This document shows positions 46,167-56,545 of a stretch of DNA of 64,000 nt, piece after piece. Made by a program: the position numbers and the translations under genes. The stretch's first letter is position 1. Every line of letters starts with the position of its first letter. This DNA comes from Angustibacter luteus. Its GTDB lineage: Bacteria > Actinomycetota > Actinomycetes > Actinomycetales > Angustibacteraceae. Below the pieces are notes generated by a model. The model was given only the letters and a program-made list of their open reading frames with translations, was not told the origin of the DNA and ran no database searches. The stretch covers positions 930,001 to 994,000 of the forward strand of contig NZ_BAABFP010000005.1 of assembly GCF_039541115.1 (NCBI RefSeq), given 5' to 3'.

Positions 46167-47312
46167 TCAGCGGGTCTGCACGTCCACGAACGGCGGCTTC
46201 ACCACCCGGCAGCGCAGCGCCCGACCACGGACGTCGACGACGACGTCGTCGCCCTCGGCCACCGACCGCTCCAGCAGCGCCAGGGCGATGCCCTGCTTCA
46301 GCGTGGGCGAGAAGGTACCGGACGTCGTCACGCCGACCTCGTCTCCGTCCAGACCGTCGCGCTTGACGACGAAGCCGTCGCGCGGGATGCCGCGGTCCAG
46401 CGCGAGCAGCCCCCACAGCAAGCGCGACGCGCCCGCCTGCTTCTCGGCCACCAGTGCGTCCCGCCCCCAGAAGTCCGGCTTCCTCCAGCCGACCGCCCAC
46501 CCGGCCCGGGCCTGGACCGGCGAGATGTCCAGGCTCAGCTCGTGACCGTGCAGCGGGTAGCCCATCTCGGTGCGCAGCGTGTCGCGGGCCCCCAGCCCGG
46601 CCACCCGGCCCCCCGCGACGGTCACCGCCTCGACCAGGGCGTCCCACAGCTGGGCCGTCGCGTCCCACGGCGGCAGCAGCTCGTAGCCCCGCTCCCCCGT
46701 GTATCCGGTGCGGCACACCACGACCGGCACGCCCTGCCAGTCGGCGTCCACGAAGCTCATGTAGTCGTGACCGGTGGGCAGTCCGAGCGCCTCGAGCACC
46801 TGGTCGGACAGCGGCCCCTGCACCGCGAGCACGCCGTACGCCTCGTGCTGGCCCTCGACCTCGACCCCGTCCGGCGCGGCGCCCTGCATCCGGCGGACCA
46901 CCTCGGCGGTGTTGGCCGCGTTCGGCACCAGCAGCACGTCGTCGTCAGCGCGCAGGTAGGCGATCAGGTCGTCGACCACACCGCCGGAGCGGTCGCAGCA
47001 CATCGTGTACTGCGCCTTGCCGGGCCCGATCCGAGCGAGGTCGTTGGTCAGCACCGCGTTCACGAAGTCGGCCGCCCCCGGCCCGGCGACCCGCGCCTTG
47101 CCGAGGTGGCTGACGTCGAACAGGCCGACCCGCTCGCGCACGGCCGCGTGCTCGGCGACGACGCCGCCACCGGCGTACTCGATCGGCATCGACCAGCCAC
47201 CGAAGTCCGCCATCTTCGCGCCGGCTGCCTCGTGGCGCTCGTGCAGCGGCGAGCGGCGAAGGGGCGAGCCGGAGGACGTGCTGGACTCGGGCGAATGGGT
47301 GGTGTCGGCCAT
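46167..47312 (-). CDS. gcvT: Glycine cleavage system aminomethyltransferase T
   Basis: [46 protein letters not shown] 47312. Confidence 0.95.
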   Translation of the reverse strand: MADTTHSPESSTSSGSPLRRSPLHERHEAAGAKMADFGGWSMPIEYAGGGVVAEHAAVRERVGLFDVSHLGKARVAGPGAADFVNAVLTNDLARIGPGKAQYTMCCDRSGGVVDDLIAYLRADDDVLLVPNAANTAEVVRRMQGAAPDGVEVEGQHEAYGVLAVQGPLSDQVLEALGLPTGHDYMSFVDADWQGVPVVVCRTGYTGERGYELLPPWDATAQLWDALVEAVTVAGGRVAGLGARDTLRTEMGYPLHGHELSLDISPVQARAGWAVGWRKPDFWGRDALVAEKQAGASRLLWGLLALDRGIPRDGFVVKRDGLDGDEVGVTTSGTFSPTLKQGIALALLERSVAEGDDVVVDVRGRALRCRVVKPPFVDVQTR

Positions 47313-47404
47313 GCGGGGAAACCTACCGTTCGCGGCGCACCGCCCGGCGTCTAGCATCAGGGGCGGATCGTGACCCGGTCCTCAACCCTGCGGAAGGACC
47401 CTCG

Positions 47405-48928
47405 GTGACCTCGCTCAGCCTGTCCGACAAGGACGTCAAGTCCATCAAGACCGACACTCTGGTGGTCGGTGTGGCGAGCTCGGCCGATGGGCCGGTCCTG
47501 GTCGACGGCGGGGTGCTGCCGCGCGCCCTGCGCACCAGCCTGTCCGGTGCGCTCGCGGGCATCGGGGTCACCGGTGCGACCGACCAGGTGGTGCGGATCC
47601 CGGCCGGCAAGGACGTCGCCGCCATCGCGATCGCGTTCACCGGGCTGGGCAAGGCCGTGACCGGACGCACCTCGACGTACGACCTCGAGACGCTGCGCCG
47701 TGCCGCCGGCGCCGCCACCCGCGCCCTGCCCGGGACGACGTCCGTCGCCTTCGCCCTGCCCGCCAAGACGGCGGACGCCGTGGCCGCGGTGAGCGAGGGC
47801 GCCCTGCTCGGCGCCTACTCGTTCACCCGCCACCGCGCGCGCACCGCGGACGACGTCAAGGCGCCGGTCTCCGACGTCACCGTCCTCACCCCGCTGGCCG
47901 CCGACAAGGCGGCCAACGCCGCCGCCAGCCGCGCCCAGGAGATCGCCAAGGCCGTGCACCTGGTCCGCGACCTGGTCAACACCGCCCCCGGCGACCTGCC
48001 CCCCGCCGCCTTCGCCGACGAGGTCGTCGCGGCCGCGAAGGCCCACCCGGTCAAGGTGGAGGTGCTGGACGAGAAGGCGCTCGCCAAGGGTGGCTACGGC
48101 GGCATCCTCGGCGTCGGCCTGGGCTCGAGCCGCCCGCCTCGCCTGGTCAAGATCACCTACGCACCGCGCGGGGCGAAGAAGCACCTGGCCCTGATCGGCA
48201 AGGGCATCACGTTCGACACGGGCGGTATCTCGCTCAAGCCGCCGGCGGGCATGGAGACCATGAAGTCCGACATGGCCGGCGGTGCCACCGTGGCCGCGGC
48301 CGTGCTCGCGCTGGCCCGGCTGCGCACCAAGGTCAAGGTGACCGCGTGGGTGCCGCTGGCCGAGAACATGCCGTCCGGCACGGCCCAGCGCCCGTCCGAC
48401 GTGCTGACCACCTACGGCGGACGCACCGTCGAGGTCCTGAACACGGACGCCGAGGGCCGGCTCGTGCTGGCCGACGCGATCGTGGCGGCCGGTGAGGAGT
48501 ACCCGGACGCGATCATCGACGTCGCGACGCTGACCGGCCACCAGGTGGTCGCGCTCGGCCACCGCTACGCCGCGATCATGGCCAACGACGACGACCTGCG
48601 CGGGCGCATCCACGCCGCGGCGGAGCGCTCCGGCGAGACGATGTGGCCGATGCCGCTGCCGGCCGAGCTGCGCTCGAGCATGGACTCGCAGGTCGCCGAC
48701 ATCGCGAACATGGGCGAGCGGATGGGCGGCATGCTCGTGGCCGGCATCTTCCTCAAGGAGTTCGTCGGCGACCGCGCGGACGGCGAGGGCAAGATCGCGT
48801 GGGCGCACGTGGACATCGCCGGGCCGTCCTACTGCGAGACCAAGCCGTGGGGCTACACACCCAAGGGAGGCACCGGGCACTCGCTGCGCACCCTGGTCGA
48901 GTTCACCGAGGAGTTCGCCAGCAGCTAG
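47405..48928 (+). CDS. pepA: Leucyl aminopeptidase (M17)
   Basis: GKGITFDTGG, MKSDMAG, NTDAEGRL, ATLTG, HVDIAG. Confidence 0.93.
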   Translation: MTSLSLSDKDVKSIKTDTLVVGVASSADGPVLVDGGVLPRALRTSLSGALAGIGVTGATDQVVRIPAGKDVAAIAIAFTGLGKAVTGRTSTYDLETLRRAAGAATRALPGTTSVAFALPAKTADAVAAVSEGALLGAYSFTRHRARTADDVKAPVSDVTVLTPLAADKAANAAASRAQEIAKAVHLVRDLVNTAPGDLPPAAFADEVVAAAKAHPVKVEVLDEKALAKGGYGGILGVGLGSSRPPRLVKITYAPRGAKKHLALIGKGITFDTGGISLKPPAGMETMKSDMAGGATVAAAVLALARLRTKVKVTAWVPLAENMPSGTAQRPSDVLTTYGGRTVEVLNTDAEGRLVLADAIVAAGEEYPDAIIDVATLTGHQVVALGHRYAAIMANDDDLRGRIHAAAERSGETMWPMPLPAELRSSMDSQVADIANMGERMGGMLVAGIFLKEFVGDRADGEGKIAWAHVDIAGPSYCETKPWGYTPKGGTGHSLRTLVEFTEEFASS

Positions 48929-49260
48929 CCCTGCTGCTGCTTGCGCTGGTGAGACGTCCACTCACGCATCCGGCCGGGGTAGCCGGTCTGCTGGACGTCG
49001 TACACGGGGATGCCGAGCTCACGGGCCAGGTCGCCGGCGGCCTGCGGGCCGCTGACCCGGCGCCGCGTCCACTCGCCCGTGGCCGCGATCAGCACCGCGG
49101 TGGTCGGCGTCACCGAGGTCTGCGGCTCGACGTACATCTCGACGCCCACCCGGGTGGTCACGAAGTTTCGCAGGTGCGCGGTCGCGACCTCGACGTCCTT
49201 CTTGGTCGGACGGTTGGACGGAGTCGGTGCCGTCTTGGGACGACGTCGGAACCACGCCAC
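48925..49260 (-). CDS. Actinobacterial hypothetical protein
   Basis: GVEMYVEP, GEWTRRR, PVYDV..TGYPGRMREW; GGAGG upstream of GTG 49260. Confidence 0.7.
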   Translation of the reverse strand: MAWFRRRPKTAPTPSNRPTKKDVEVATAHLRNFVTTRVGVEMYVEPQTSVTPTTAVLIAATGEWTRRRVSGPQAAGDLARELGIPVYDVQQTGYPGRMREWTSHQRKQQQG

Positions 49261-49457
49261 GCCTCGTACCTCCGGATCAGCGGTGCAGGGGCCACCAGTG
49301 TGCCTCGGGAAGCCCCGGACCGTGCGCAGCGTTCCACCCCGGGGTCCAGATCGACCACGTTGCGTGCCCGCTGCGGGTTGGTGACAGGATGGGCTCCGCC
49401 AACCACCAGCGCAGCCCACCACAAGTGCGGCGCGCGAGACGTAAGGGAGCAGGCGAC

Positions 49458-50843
49458 GTGGCTGACAGCACCGGCGAGGTCTTCGACATCGTGATCCTCG
49501 GGGGTGGCAGCGGCGGTTACGCCTGCGCCTTCCGGGCGGCCGAGCTGGGTCTGTCCGTGGCCCTCGTCGAGCGGGACAAGCTGGGCGGCACGTGCCTGCA
49601 CCGCGGCTGCATCCCGACCAAGGCGCTGCTGCACGCGGCCGAGGTGGCGGACGTCGCGCGCGAGGGTTCGAGCTTCGGTGTGAAGACCGCCCTGGACGGC
49701 ATCGACATGAGCGGGGTCAACTCGTACAAGGACGGCGTGGTCAGCCGCCTGTACAAGGGCCTGCAGGGCCTGGCGAAGGCCCACAAGGTCGAGCTCGTCG
49801 AGGGCGAGGGCCGGCTGGTCGCCAAGGACACCGTGCAGGTCGGCGACCGCCAGGTGAAGGGCCGCCACGTGGTCCTGGCCACCGGCTCGTACGCCCGCTC
49901 GCTGCCCGGTCTGGAGATCGGCGGCCGGGTCATCACCAGCGACCAGGCGCTCACCCTGGACTGGGTGCCGAACAGCGTGGTCGTCCTCGGTGGCGGCGTG
50001 ATCGGCGTCGAGTTCGCGAGCGTCTGGAAGTCCTTCGGGGCCGAGGTGACGATCGTCGAGGCGCTGCCGCACCTGGTGCCGGTCGAGGACGAGGCCGCCT
50101 CCAAGGCGCTCGAGCGTGCCTTCCGCAAGCGCAAGATCAACTTCAAGCTGAACGCCCGGTTCGAGAGCGTGAGCCAGGACGACAGCGGCGTCACCGTGTC
50201 CCTCGAGGGTGGCGAGACGCTGCAGGCCGACCTGCTCCTCGTCGCCGTCGGCCGCGGCCCGACGTCCGCCGGTCTCGGGTACGAGGAGGTCGGCGTCACC
50301 GTCGACCGCGGCTTCATCCCCACCGACGAGCGACTGCACACGAACGTGGACGGCGTGTTCGCCGTCGGCGACCTGGTCCCGGGCCTGCAGCTGGCCCACC
50401 GCGGCTTCGCGCACGGCATCTTCGTCGCGGAGGAGATCGCCGGTCTCGCGCCCGTGCCGGTCGTCGACTCCGGCATCCCGCGGATCACGTACTGCGACCC
50501 CGAGGTCGCCTCGGTCGGCCTCTCCGAGGTGCAGGCCAAGGAGAAGTACGGCGACGACCAGGTGGAGACCCTCGAGTACAACCTGGGCGGCAACGGCAAG
50601 AGCCAGATCCTGGGCACCACCGGCTTCGTGAAGCTCATCCGCGAGAAGAACGGCCCCGTGGTCGGCTTCGTCGCGGTCGGCGCGCGGATGGGTGAGCAGG
50701 TCGGCGAGGCCTCGCTCATCGTGAACTGGGAGGCCTACCCCGAGGAGGTCGCCCAGCTGATCCACGCGCACCCGACGCAGAACGAGTCGCTGGGTGAGGC
50801 GCACCTCGCCCTGGCCGGCAAGCCGCTGCACGTGCACGCCTGA
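49458..50843 (+). CDS. lpdA: Dihydrolipoyl dehydrogenase (E3)
   Basis: GGGSGGY, GGTCLHRGCIPTK, GGGVIG, HAHPT..E; start re-picked at GTG 49458. Confidence 0.95.
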   Translation: MADSTGEVFDIVILGGGSGGYACAFRAAELGLSVALVERDKLGGTCLHRGCIPTKALLHAAEVADVAREGSSFGVKTALDGIDMSGVNSYKDGVVSRLYKGLQGLAKAHKVELVEGEGRLVAKDTVQVGDRQVKGRHVVLATGSYARSLPGLEIGGRVITSDQALTLDWVPNSVVVLGGGVIGVEFASVWKSFGAEVTIVEALPHLVPVEDEAASKALERAFRKRKINFKLNARFESVSQDDSGVTVSLEGGETLQADLLLVAVGRGPTSAGLGYEEVGVTVDRGFIPTDERLHTNVDGVFAVGDLVPGLQLAHRGFAHGIFVAEEIAGLAPVPVVDSGIPRITYCDPEVASVGLSEVQAKEKYGDDQVETLEYNLGGNGKSQILGTTGFVKLIREKNGPVVGFVAVGARMGEQVGEASLIVNWEAYPEEVAQLIHAHPTQNESLGEAHLALAGKPLHVHA

Positions 50844-50897
50844 GATCCGACCGCGACACTGAACCACCTGTACCAGCGACGAAGGAGAGCGCAGCCC

Positions 50898-52784
50898 ATG
50901 TCAGAGCGGGTGAAGATGCCGGCCCTCGGCGAGTCCGTCACCGAGGGCACCGTGACGCGTTGGCTGAAGCAGGTGGGCGACCAGGTCGAGGTCGACGAGC
51001 CGCTGCTCGAGGTCTCGACCGACAAGGTCGACACCGAGATCCCCAGCCCCATCGCGGGCACCCTGCAGGAGGTGCTGGTCGGTGAGGACGAGACCGTTCC
51101 CGTCGGCGCCGACCTCGCCGTGATCGGGGACGGCGACGCCGGCTCTTCCGACGGGGGCGCCGACGAGGGTGCCGATGCTTCGGACGACGCTGCGGAGGGT
51201 GGCGACGAGCAGGCGACGGAGCAGGCGACGGAGCAGCCCACCGAGGAGCAGGCCGAGCCCTCCACCGAGCAGGAGCCGAGCGCGGAGACCTCCGAGCCTG
51301 AGCAGTCCTCGACCTCCGACGACACCTCCGACGACACCTCCGACGACGACGCGGCCCAGCCGCAGCAGTCTGGCGGCTCGGACGAGTCCGGATCCGGCAC
51401 CACGGTGACCATGCCCGCGCTGGGCGAGTCCGTCACCGAGGGCACCGTCACGCGTTGGCTCAAGGCCGAGGGTGACTCGGTCGAGGTCGACGAGCCGCTG
51501 CTCGAGGTGTCCACCGACAAGGTCGACACCGAGATCCCCAGCCCCGTCGCCGGCACGGTGAGCAAGCTGCTCGTGGGCGAGGACGAGACCGTACCGGTCG
51601 GCGCCGAGCTCGCGATCATCGGCGGCGGGGCCAGCGAGCCCCAGCAGCAGGCCGAGCCGGAGCCGGAGCCCGAGCGGACCCCCGACCCCGAGCCCGAGCC
51701 CGAGCCGGAAGCGGAGCCCGAGCCGGCGCCGACCCCGGAGCCGCAGCAGCCGGAGTCCCAGGCCCAGCCCGAGCCGGCAGCCACCCCCGCGCCGTCCGCG
51801 CCGTCCGCGGCCGCACCTGCACCCGCACCCGCGGGTGACGCGTCAAGCTACGTGACCCCCCTGGTGCGCAAGCTGGCCGCTGAGCACGGCGTGGACCTGG
51901 CAGGCGTCGAGGGCACCGGCGTCGGCGGGCGCGTCCGCAAGCAGGACGTGCTGGATGCCGCCGCCGCGGCGAAGAAGGCAGCGGAGCCCGAGCCGGCCGC
52001 CGCCAAGCCCGCCGCAGCCGCGCCCGCCCCGGCGGCTGCCTCCGGGGTGCCGGCCGGCGTGTCGGCCAAGCGCGGCACGACGGAGAAGATGACCCGGCTG
52101 CGCCGACTGATCGCCCAGCGGATGGTCGAGTCGCTGCAGACCTCGGCCCAGCTGACCACGGTCATCGAGGTCGACGTCACGAAGATCGCCCGGCTGCGCG
52201 GGCGGGCCAAGAACGACTTCGCCGCCCGCGAGGGCGTCAAGCTCTCGTTCCTGCCGTTCTTCGCGCAGGCTGCGGTGGAGGCGCTCAAGACGCACCCGAC
52301 CGTGAACGCGAGCATCGAGGGCGACGAGATCGTCTACCACTCCCAGGAGAACCTCGGCATCGCCGTCGACACCGACAAGGGCCTCATCGTTCCGGTGATC
52401 CGGGACGCGGGCGATCTCAACATCGCGGGCATCGCCCGGAAGGTGTCCGACCTCGCCGAGCGCACCCGGGCCAACAAGATCGCCCCGGACGAGCTCGGCG
52501 GTGGCACGTTCACCTTGACCAACACCGGCAGCCGCGGCGCCTTGTTCGACACGCCGATCATCAACATGCCGCAGGTCGCGATCCTCGGCACGGGGGCGGT
52601 CGTCAAACGACCGGTCGTCGTGCAGGACTCCGACGGCGGTGAGACGATCGCGATCCGCTCGATGGTCTACCTGGCCCTCAGCTACGACCACCGGATCGTG
52701 GACGGCGCCGATGCCGCACGCTTCCTGGTGGCCATGAAGGACCGCCTGGAGGAAGGCGCCTTCGAGGCCGACCTCGGGCTCTGA
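50898..52784 (+). CDS. sucB: Dihydrolipoamide acyltransferase E2 (SucB/DlaT) with two lipoyl domains
   Basis: Two STDKVDTE lipoyl domains, TPLVRKLA E3-binding domain, DHRIVDG catalytic motif. Confidence 0.93.
   Translation: MSERVKMPALGESVTEGTVTRWLKQVGDQVEVDEPLLEVSTDKVDTEIPSPIAGTLQEVLVGEDETVPVGADLAVIGDGDAGSSDGGADEGADASDDAAEGGDEQATEQATEQPTEEQAEPSTEQEPSAETSEPEQSSTSDDTSDDTSDDDAAQPQQSGGSDESGSGTTVTMPALGESVTEGTVTRWLKAEGDSVEVDEPLLEVSTDKVDTEIPSPVAGTVSKLLVGEDETVPVGAELAIIGGGASEPQQQAEPEPEPERTPDPEPEPEPEAEPEPAPTPEPQQPESQAQPEPAATPAPSAPSAAAPAPAPAGDASSYVTPLVRKLAAEHGVDLAGVEGTGVGGRVRKQDVLDAAAAAKKAAEPEPAAAKPAAAAPAPAAASGVPAGVSAKRGTTEKMTRLRRLIAQRMVESLQTSAQLTTVIEVDVTKIARLRGRAKNDFAAREGVKLSFLPFFAQAAVEALKTHPTVNASIEGDEIVYHSQENLGIAVDTDKGLIVPVIRDAGDLNIAGIARKVSDLAERTRANKIAPDELGGGTFTLTNTGSRGALFDTPIINMPQVAILGTGAVVKRPVVVQDSDGGETIAIRSMVYLALSYDHRIVDGADAARFLVAMKDRLEEGAFEADLGL
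51207..51347 (+). repeat. In-frame 12-bp tandem repeats in the E2 inter-lipoyl linker
   Basis: GAGCAGGCGACG x2 plus a variant (51207-51242); ACCTCCGACGAC x3 (51312-51347). Confidence 0.8.
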
Positions 52785-52794
52785 CGCTCCGCGC

Positions 52795-52826
52795 CCTCCC
52801 GGGCCGGGGCAACCCGGCCCGGGAGG
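52795..52826 (+). terminator. Perfect 14-bp hairpin with GCAA loop after sucB (terminator/attenuator-like)
   Basis: CCTCCCGGGCCGGG-GCAA-CCCGGCCCGGGAGG; no U-tract. Confidence 0.6.
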
Positions 52827-52836
52827 TCCGCAGCAC

Positions 52837-53721
52837 ATGAAGGTCGTCGTCACAGGTGCCTCCGGGCTGATCGGTTCGGCCCTCGTGCCCCACCTGCGCG
52901 AGCAGGGCCACGAGGTGCTGTCCCTGGTCCGCCGCACCCCCGCGTCCCGGCACCAGGCCCGGTGGGACCCCGACGAGGGACGCATCGACGTGGCGGCCCT
53001 ACAGGGCACCGATGCGGTCGTCCACCTGGCCGGCGCCGGAGTCGGCGACCACCGCTGGACGGCGTCGTACAAGCGCACCATCCTTCAGTCCCGGGTGGAC
53101 GGCACCACGCTGATCAGCCGCACCATCGCCGAGCTCGACCCGGCCCCGCGGGTCCTGGTGAGCGCGTCCGGCATCGACTACTACCCGGACACCGACACCG
53201 AGGTGACCGAGCGGTCGGGACGTGGGACGGCGTTCCTGAGCGACGTCGTCGAGGCGTGGGAGGGGGCGACAGCATCGGCCCGCGAGGCCGGCATCGCCGT
53301 CTCGTACGCCCGGTCGGCCCTCGTGCTGGCCCGAAAGGGCGGCGTCCTGGAACGGCTGCGGCCGTTGGTCAACCTCGGTCTGGCCGGTCCGATCGGCCCC
53401 GGTGACCAGTGGTGGAGCTGGATCACCCTGGACGACCAGGTGCGTGCGCTGACCAGGCTGCTGGACGGCGACCTTCCCGGTCCGGTGAACCTGAGCTCGC
53501 CGGACCCCGTCCCACAGCGCGAGCTGGTTCGCGCGCTCGCTCGGCAGGCGCACCGGCCGGCGATCCTGCCCGCGCCGACGTTCGCGCTGCGCGCAGCCGT
53601 GGGCCAGTTCAGCGAGACGATCGTGGCCAGCCACCGGGTGGTCCCGCGGCGCCTGCTGGACGCCGGGTTCACCTTCGAGCACCCGACGCTGGCGGACGCC
53701 GTGCGCTGGGTGTCGAGCTGA
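52837..53721 (+). CDS. TIGR01777 family NAD-dependent epimerase-like protein
   Basis: TGASGLIG, HLAG, SRVDGT, WSWITLDD, GFTFEHP. Confidence 0.9.
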   Translation: MKVVVTGASGLIGSALVPHLREQGHEVLSLVRRTPASRHQARWDPDEGRIDVAALQGTDAVVHLAGAGVGDHRWTASYKRTILQSRVDGTTLISRTIAELDPAPRVLVSASGIDYYPDTDTEVTERSGRGTAFLSDVVEAWEGATASAREAGIAVSYARSALVLARKGGVLERLRPLVNLGLAGPIGPGDQWWSWITLDDQVRALTRLLDGDLPGPVNLSSPDPVPQRELVRALARQAHRPAILPAPTFALRAAVGQFSETIVASHRVVPRRLLDAGFTFEHPTLADAVRWVSS

Positions 53722-55168
53722 CCCGCTCCACCCGCCAGCCACCCGACGTCCGGACCAGCGTGAGCCGCGAACGCCGGCCGGCGACGGCGGCCACGTGCTG
53801 CACCACCGCGCCGGAGGCCTCGACCACGTCGTAGGCGGACTCCTGGACGACCACGTCCACGACGACCCGGTCGCGGCCGGGCGAGACGACCCTCGCCTGC
53901 CGCGGCAGCAGCGTCAGGCCCCGCAGGTGCAGGCAGCGCGACGCCAGCCCGGCGAGCACCTGCTGGTCGGCCCGGTCGGCTGTCGACCCGGGCACGGACC
54001 CGGCCGCCCCGGGCTGCGGTGCGGCGCGGCCACAGGCGGGTGGAACGCGACTCAGGGCGGCGGTCCGGGTCACCGCGAGCCGGCCGATCACCGGCAGCGC
54101 CTCGGCCGCCGAGCTGATGGCCGGTGCCCTGCTGGTGGAGTGCGCCGTGGGCCGGGTCGCGGCGGCGAGCCGCGGCTGCTGGGCGACCGCCTCCGGGCGC
54201 GACCCGACGACGGCGCCGCCCCCGACCGCCAGCACCAGAGCGACCGCGCCGGCCATGACCGCCCACCGAGCGCGCCGCGGATCCTTGCGATGCCTCGGCC
54301 CGATCGCGTGGGGCTGCTCGGGTGGCCCCGTCCCGACCCGGCGGGTCAGGCCGCCGTCCGACGGCGCCAACCCCGGTCGCCAGACCGGTTCCGCCGCGGC
54401 GGCCGCGTGCAGGGCTGCCGCCAGCTCGGCGGGAGCCGGTCGGCTCGCCGGGTCGGGCGCCAGCGCTGACTCCACCACGGCCACCAGCGCCCCCGGCGCG
54501 GTGGGTGCCTCGTCGACGAGCGCCGGACGGCACATGGGGGTCGGCACCGGCGACCCGACGAGGGCGAACCAGCACAGCGCTCCCAGTCCGTAGACGTCGC
54601 TCGCCGGCCCACCCGGCCGCCCCGCCAGCACGGCGGGGTCGACGAACCCAGGGGTGCCGAACACCTCGGCGCGCGGTGCCCCGGTGACGCGCACGGTGCC
54701 GAGGTCGGTCAGGAAGGGTCGTCCGTCGCCGTCGAAGACCACGTTGCCCGGGGCCAGGTCACCGTGCTCGACCCCAGCCGCGTGCAGGTCCGCGAGCGCC
54801 TGGGCCAGCGGGGCGATGGTCGTGACCACCTCGCCGGGGCGCAACCGGCCGCGGGCCGCGACGACGCCGGCCAGCGTCCCGCCGTCCAGCAGGGTGGTGA
54901 CGAGCGCCAGTTCATCGTGCCCGGTGACCACGTCGTGCCGGGTGACCACGTCGATCAGTCGGACGACGTGCGGGTGCCGAACGGCGCGCAGCACGGCGAG
55001 CTCGCGCTCCGCATCCGGGCCGGCGGGGACCAGCTTGACGGCGACCGGCCGGCCGGTCTGGCCCTGCTCGCCGGCCCACACCTGCGCGCTGGCGCCTCGG
55101 CCGAGCAGGCGCCGGAGCCGGTAGCCGGGCAGGACGGGCGCAGGCGGGTCGATCGGCAGACTGGGCAT
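53669..55168 (-). CDS. Membrane Ser/Thr protein kinase (Hanks type)
   Basis: LGRGASAQVW, VAVK, HGDLAPGNV, TDLG, GTPGFVDP, SDVYGLG; TM helix and short extracytoplasmic domain. Confidence 0.82.
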   Translation of the reverse strand: MPSLPIDPPAPVLPGYRLRRLLGRGASAQVWAGEQGQTGRPVAVKLVPAGPDAERELAVLRAVRHPHVVRLIDVVTRHDVVTGHDELALVTTLLDGGTLAGVVAARGRLRPGEVVTTIAPLAQALADLHAAGVEHGDLAPGNVVFDGDGRPFLTDLGTVRVTGAPRAEVFGTPGFVDPAVLAGRPGGPASDVYGLGALCWFALVGSPVPTPMCRPALVDEAPTAPGALVAVVESALAPDPASRPAPAELAAALHAAAAAEPVWRPGLAPSDGGLTRRVGTGPPEQPHAIGPRHRKDPRRARWAVMAGAVALVLAVGGGAVVGSRPEAVAQQPRLAAATRPTAHSTSRAPAISSAAEALPVIGRLAVTRTAALSRVPPACGRAAPQPGAAGSVPGSTADRADQQVLAGLASRCLHLRGLTLLPRQARVVSPGRDRVVVDVVVQESAYDVVEASGAVVQHVAAVAGRRSRLTLVRTSGGWRVERVSSTPSARRPPASGARR

Positions 55169-55267
55169 GCCCCAAGCCTGGCGGAACCGGACGATTCACC
55201 GCGGGCGCTGTCCACAGGCTCGGCGGTAGCCTCGGGCTGCCACCCGACCGGACGAACGGAGACCGAC

Positions 55268-56545
55268 GTGACGGGACTGCCGGCCCGCGTCGACGTGGTC
55301 GTGATCGGTGCCGGACTGGCCGGGCTGGCCGCCGCCGTCGCGCTGCACCGGGCCAGGCTGAACGTGCTGGTGGTCGAGGCCTCGGACGACGTCGGCGGAC
55401 GCGTGCGCACGGACAGCGTCGACGGACTGCAGCTGGATCGCGGCTTCCAGCTGCTGAACCCGTCCTACCCCGAGCTGCACCGGCTGGCCCGGCTGGGCGT
55501 GCTCGACCTGGGGGCGCTCGACCTGCGCCCCTTCGAGCCGGGGGTGGTCGTGGCCCAGGGCGGGCGCCGAACGGTGCTCGCCGACCCGCGTCGCCTGCCG
55601 CAGCACCTGCGCTCGACCCTGACCGGGCCGGGTTCGGTGCGCGAGAAGCTGGCGCTGGCGCGATGGGCCGTGGACGTCGTCCGGGCTGATCCGGCCGAGC
55701 TGCTGGCCGCCGACGACGAGCCGTTGTCCGCCGCCCTCGCGCAGCGCTCGATCACCGGTCGGCTGCGCACCAGCGTGGTCGACCCCTTCCTGGCGGGCGT
55801 GCTCGCCGACGACAGCGGGCAGACCTCGCGACGCTTCGTGGAGCTGCTGGTCCGCGCGTTCGTGCGCGGCACCCCGGCCCTGCCCGCCGCGGGGATGGCG
55901 GCGCTCCCCCGCCAGCTCGCCGCCGGGCTGGCGCCCGACGCGCTGGCACTGGGCGTCCGGGCCGTCTCGGTGACCGGCACCTCCGTGGCGACCGACGCGG
56001 GGATCGTGACGACGTCCGCGACCGTGGTGGCTACCGATCCGCGGACGGCGACCCGGCTGGCCCACCTGCCCACGGTGGCGATGCGGGGCTTGACGACGTA
56101 CTACCACCTGGCCGAGACGGCGCCGAGCAGCGCGGCGATGCTGCACCTGGACGGCGGTCGGCGCGGGCCGCTGGTGAACTCGGCGGTGGTGTCCAACGTC
56201 GCGCCGGCGTACGCGGGGGGCCGGGGAGCGCTGGTGGCCACGACGGTCCTCGGGGCGCGCGAGGACCCGGCCGTCGAGCGCGCGGTGCGGGCCCAGCTGC
56301 GGCTGGTGTACGGCGCGGACCCACGCCCCTGGGAGCTGGTCGCGACGTACGCGATCCCGGACGCCCTTCCCGCGATGCTGCCGCCGCTGGACGTGCGCCA
56401 GCCGGTGGACCTGCGCGACGGGCTGTTCGTGGCCGGCGACCACCGCGACACGGCGTCGATCCAGGGCGCGTTAGTCTCCGGACGCCGCGCGGCGACCGCC
56501 GTGCTGGCCCATCTCGGAGTCCCGGAGGACGTGCATGCCCGCTGA
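55268..56545 (+). CDS. FAD-dependent oxidoreductase (amine oxidase/phytoene dehydrogenase-like)
   Basis: GAGLAGL, VGGRVRTD, DRGFQ, AGDHRDTASIQGALVSG; GTG 55268. Confidence 0.85.
   Translation: MTGLPARVDVVVIGAGLAGLAAAVALHRARLNVLVVEASDDVGGRVRTDSVDGLQLDRGFQLLNPSYPELHRLARLGVLDLGALDLRPFEPGVVVAQGGRRTVLADPRRLPQHLRSTLTGPGSVREKLALARWAVDVVRADPAELLAADDEPLSAALAQRSITGRLRTSVVDPFLAGVLADDSGQTSRRFVELLVRAFVRGTPALPAAGMAALPRQLAAGLAPDALALGVRAVSVTGTSVATDAGIVTTSATVVATDPRTATRLAHLPTVAMRGLTTYYHLAETAPSSAAMLHLDGGRRGPLVNSAVVSNVAPAYAGGRGALVATTVLGAREDPAVERAVRAQLRLVYGADPRPWELVATYAIPDALPAMLPPLDVRQPVDLRDGLFVAGDHRDTASIQGALVSGRRAATAVLAHLGVPEDVHAR

Noticed and set aside
50913..51620. Long near-identical direct repeat
   Set aside because: Explained by the two lipoyl domains of E2; not a mobile-element repeat.
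53669..53721. Tail-to-tail overlap of TIGR01777 and the kinase (also pepA/hypothetical at 48925-48928)
   Set aside because: Short convergent overlaps are common in GC-rich genomes; nothing here indicates function.
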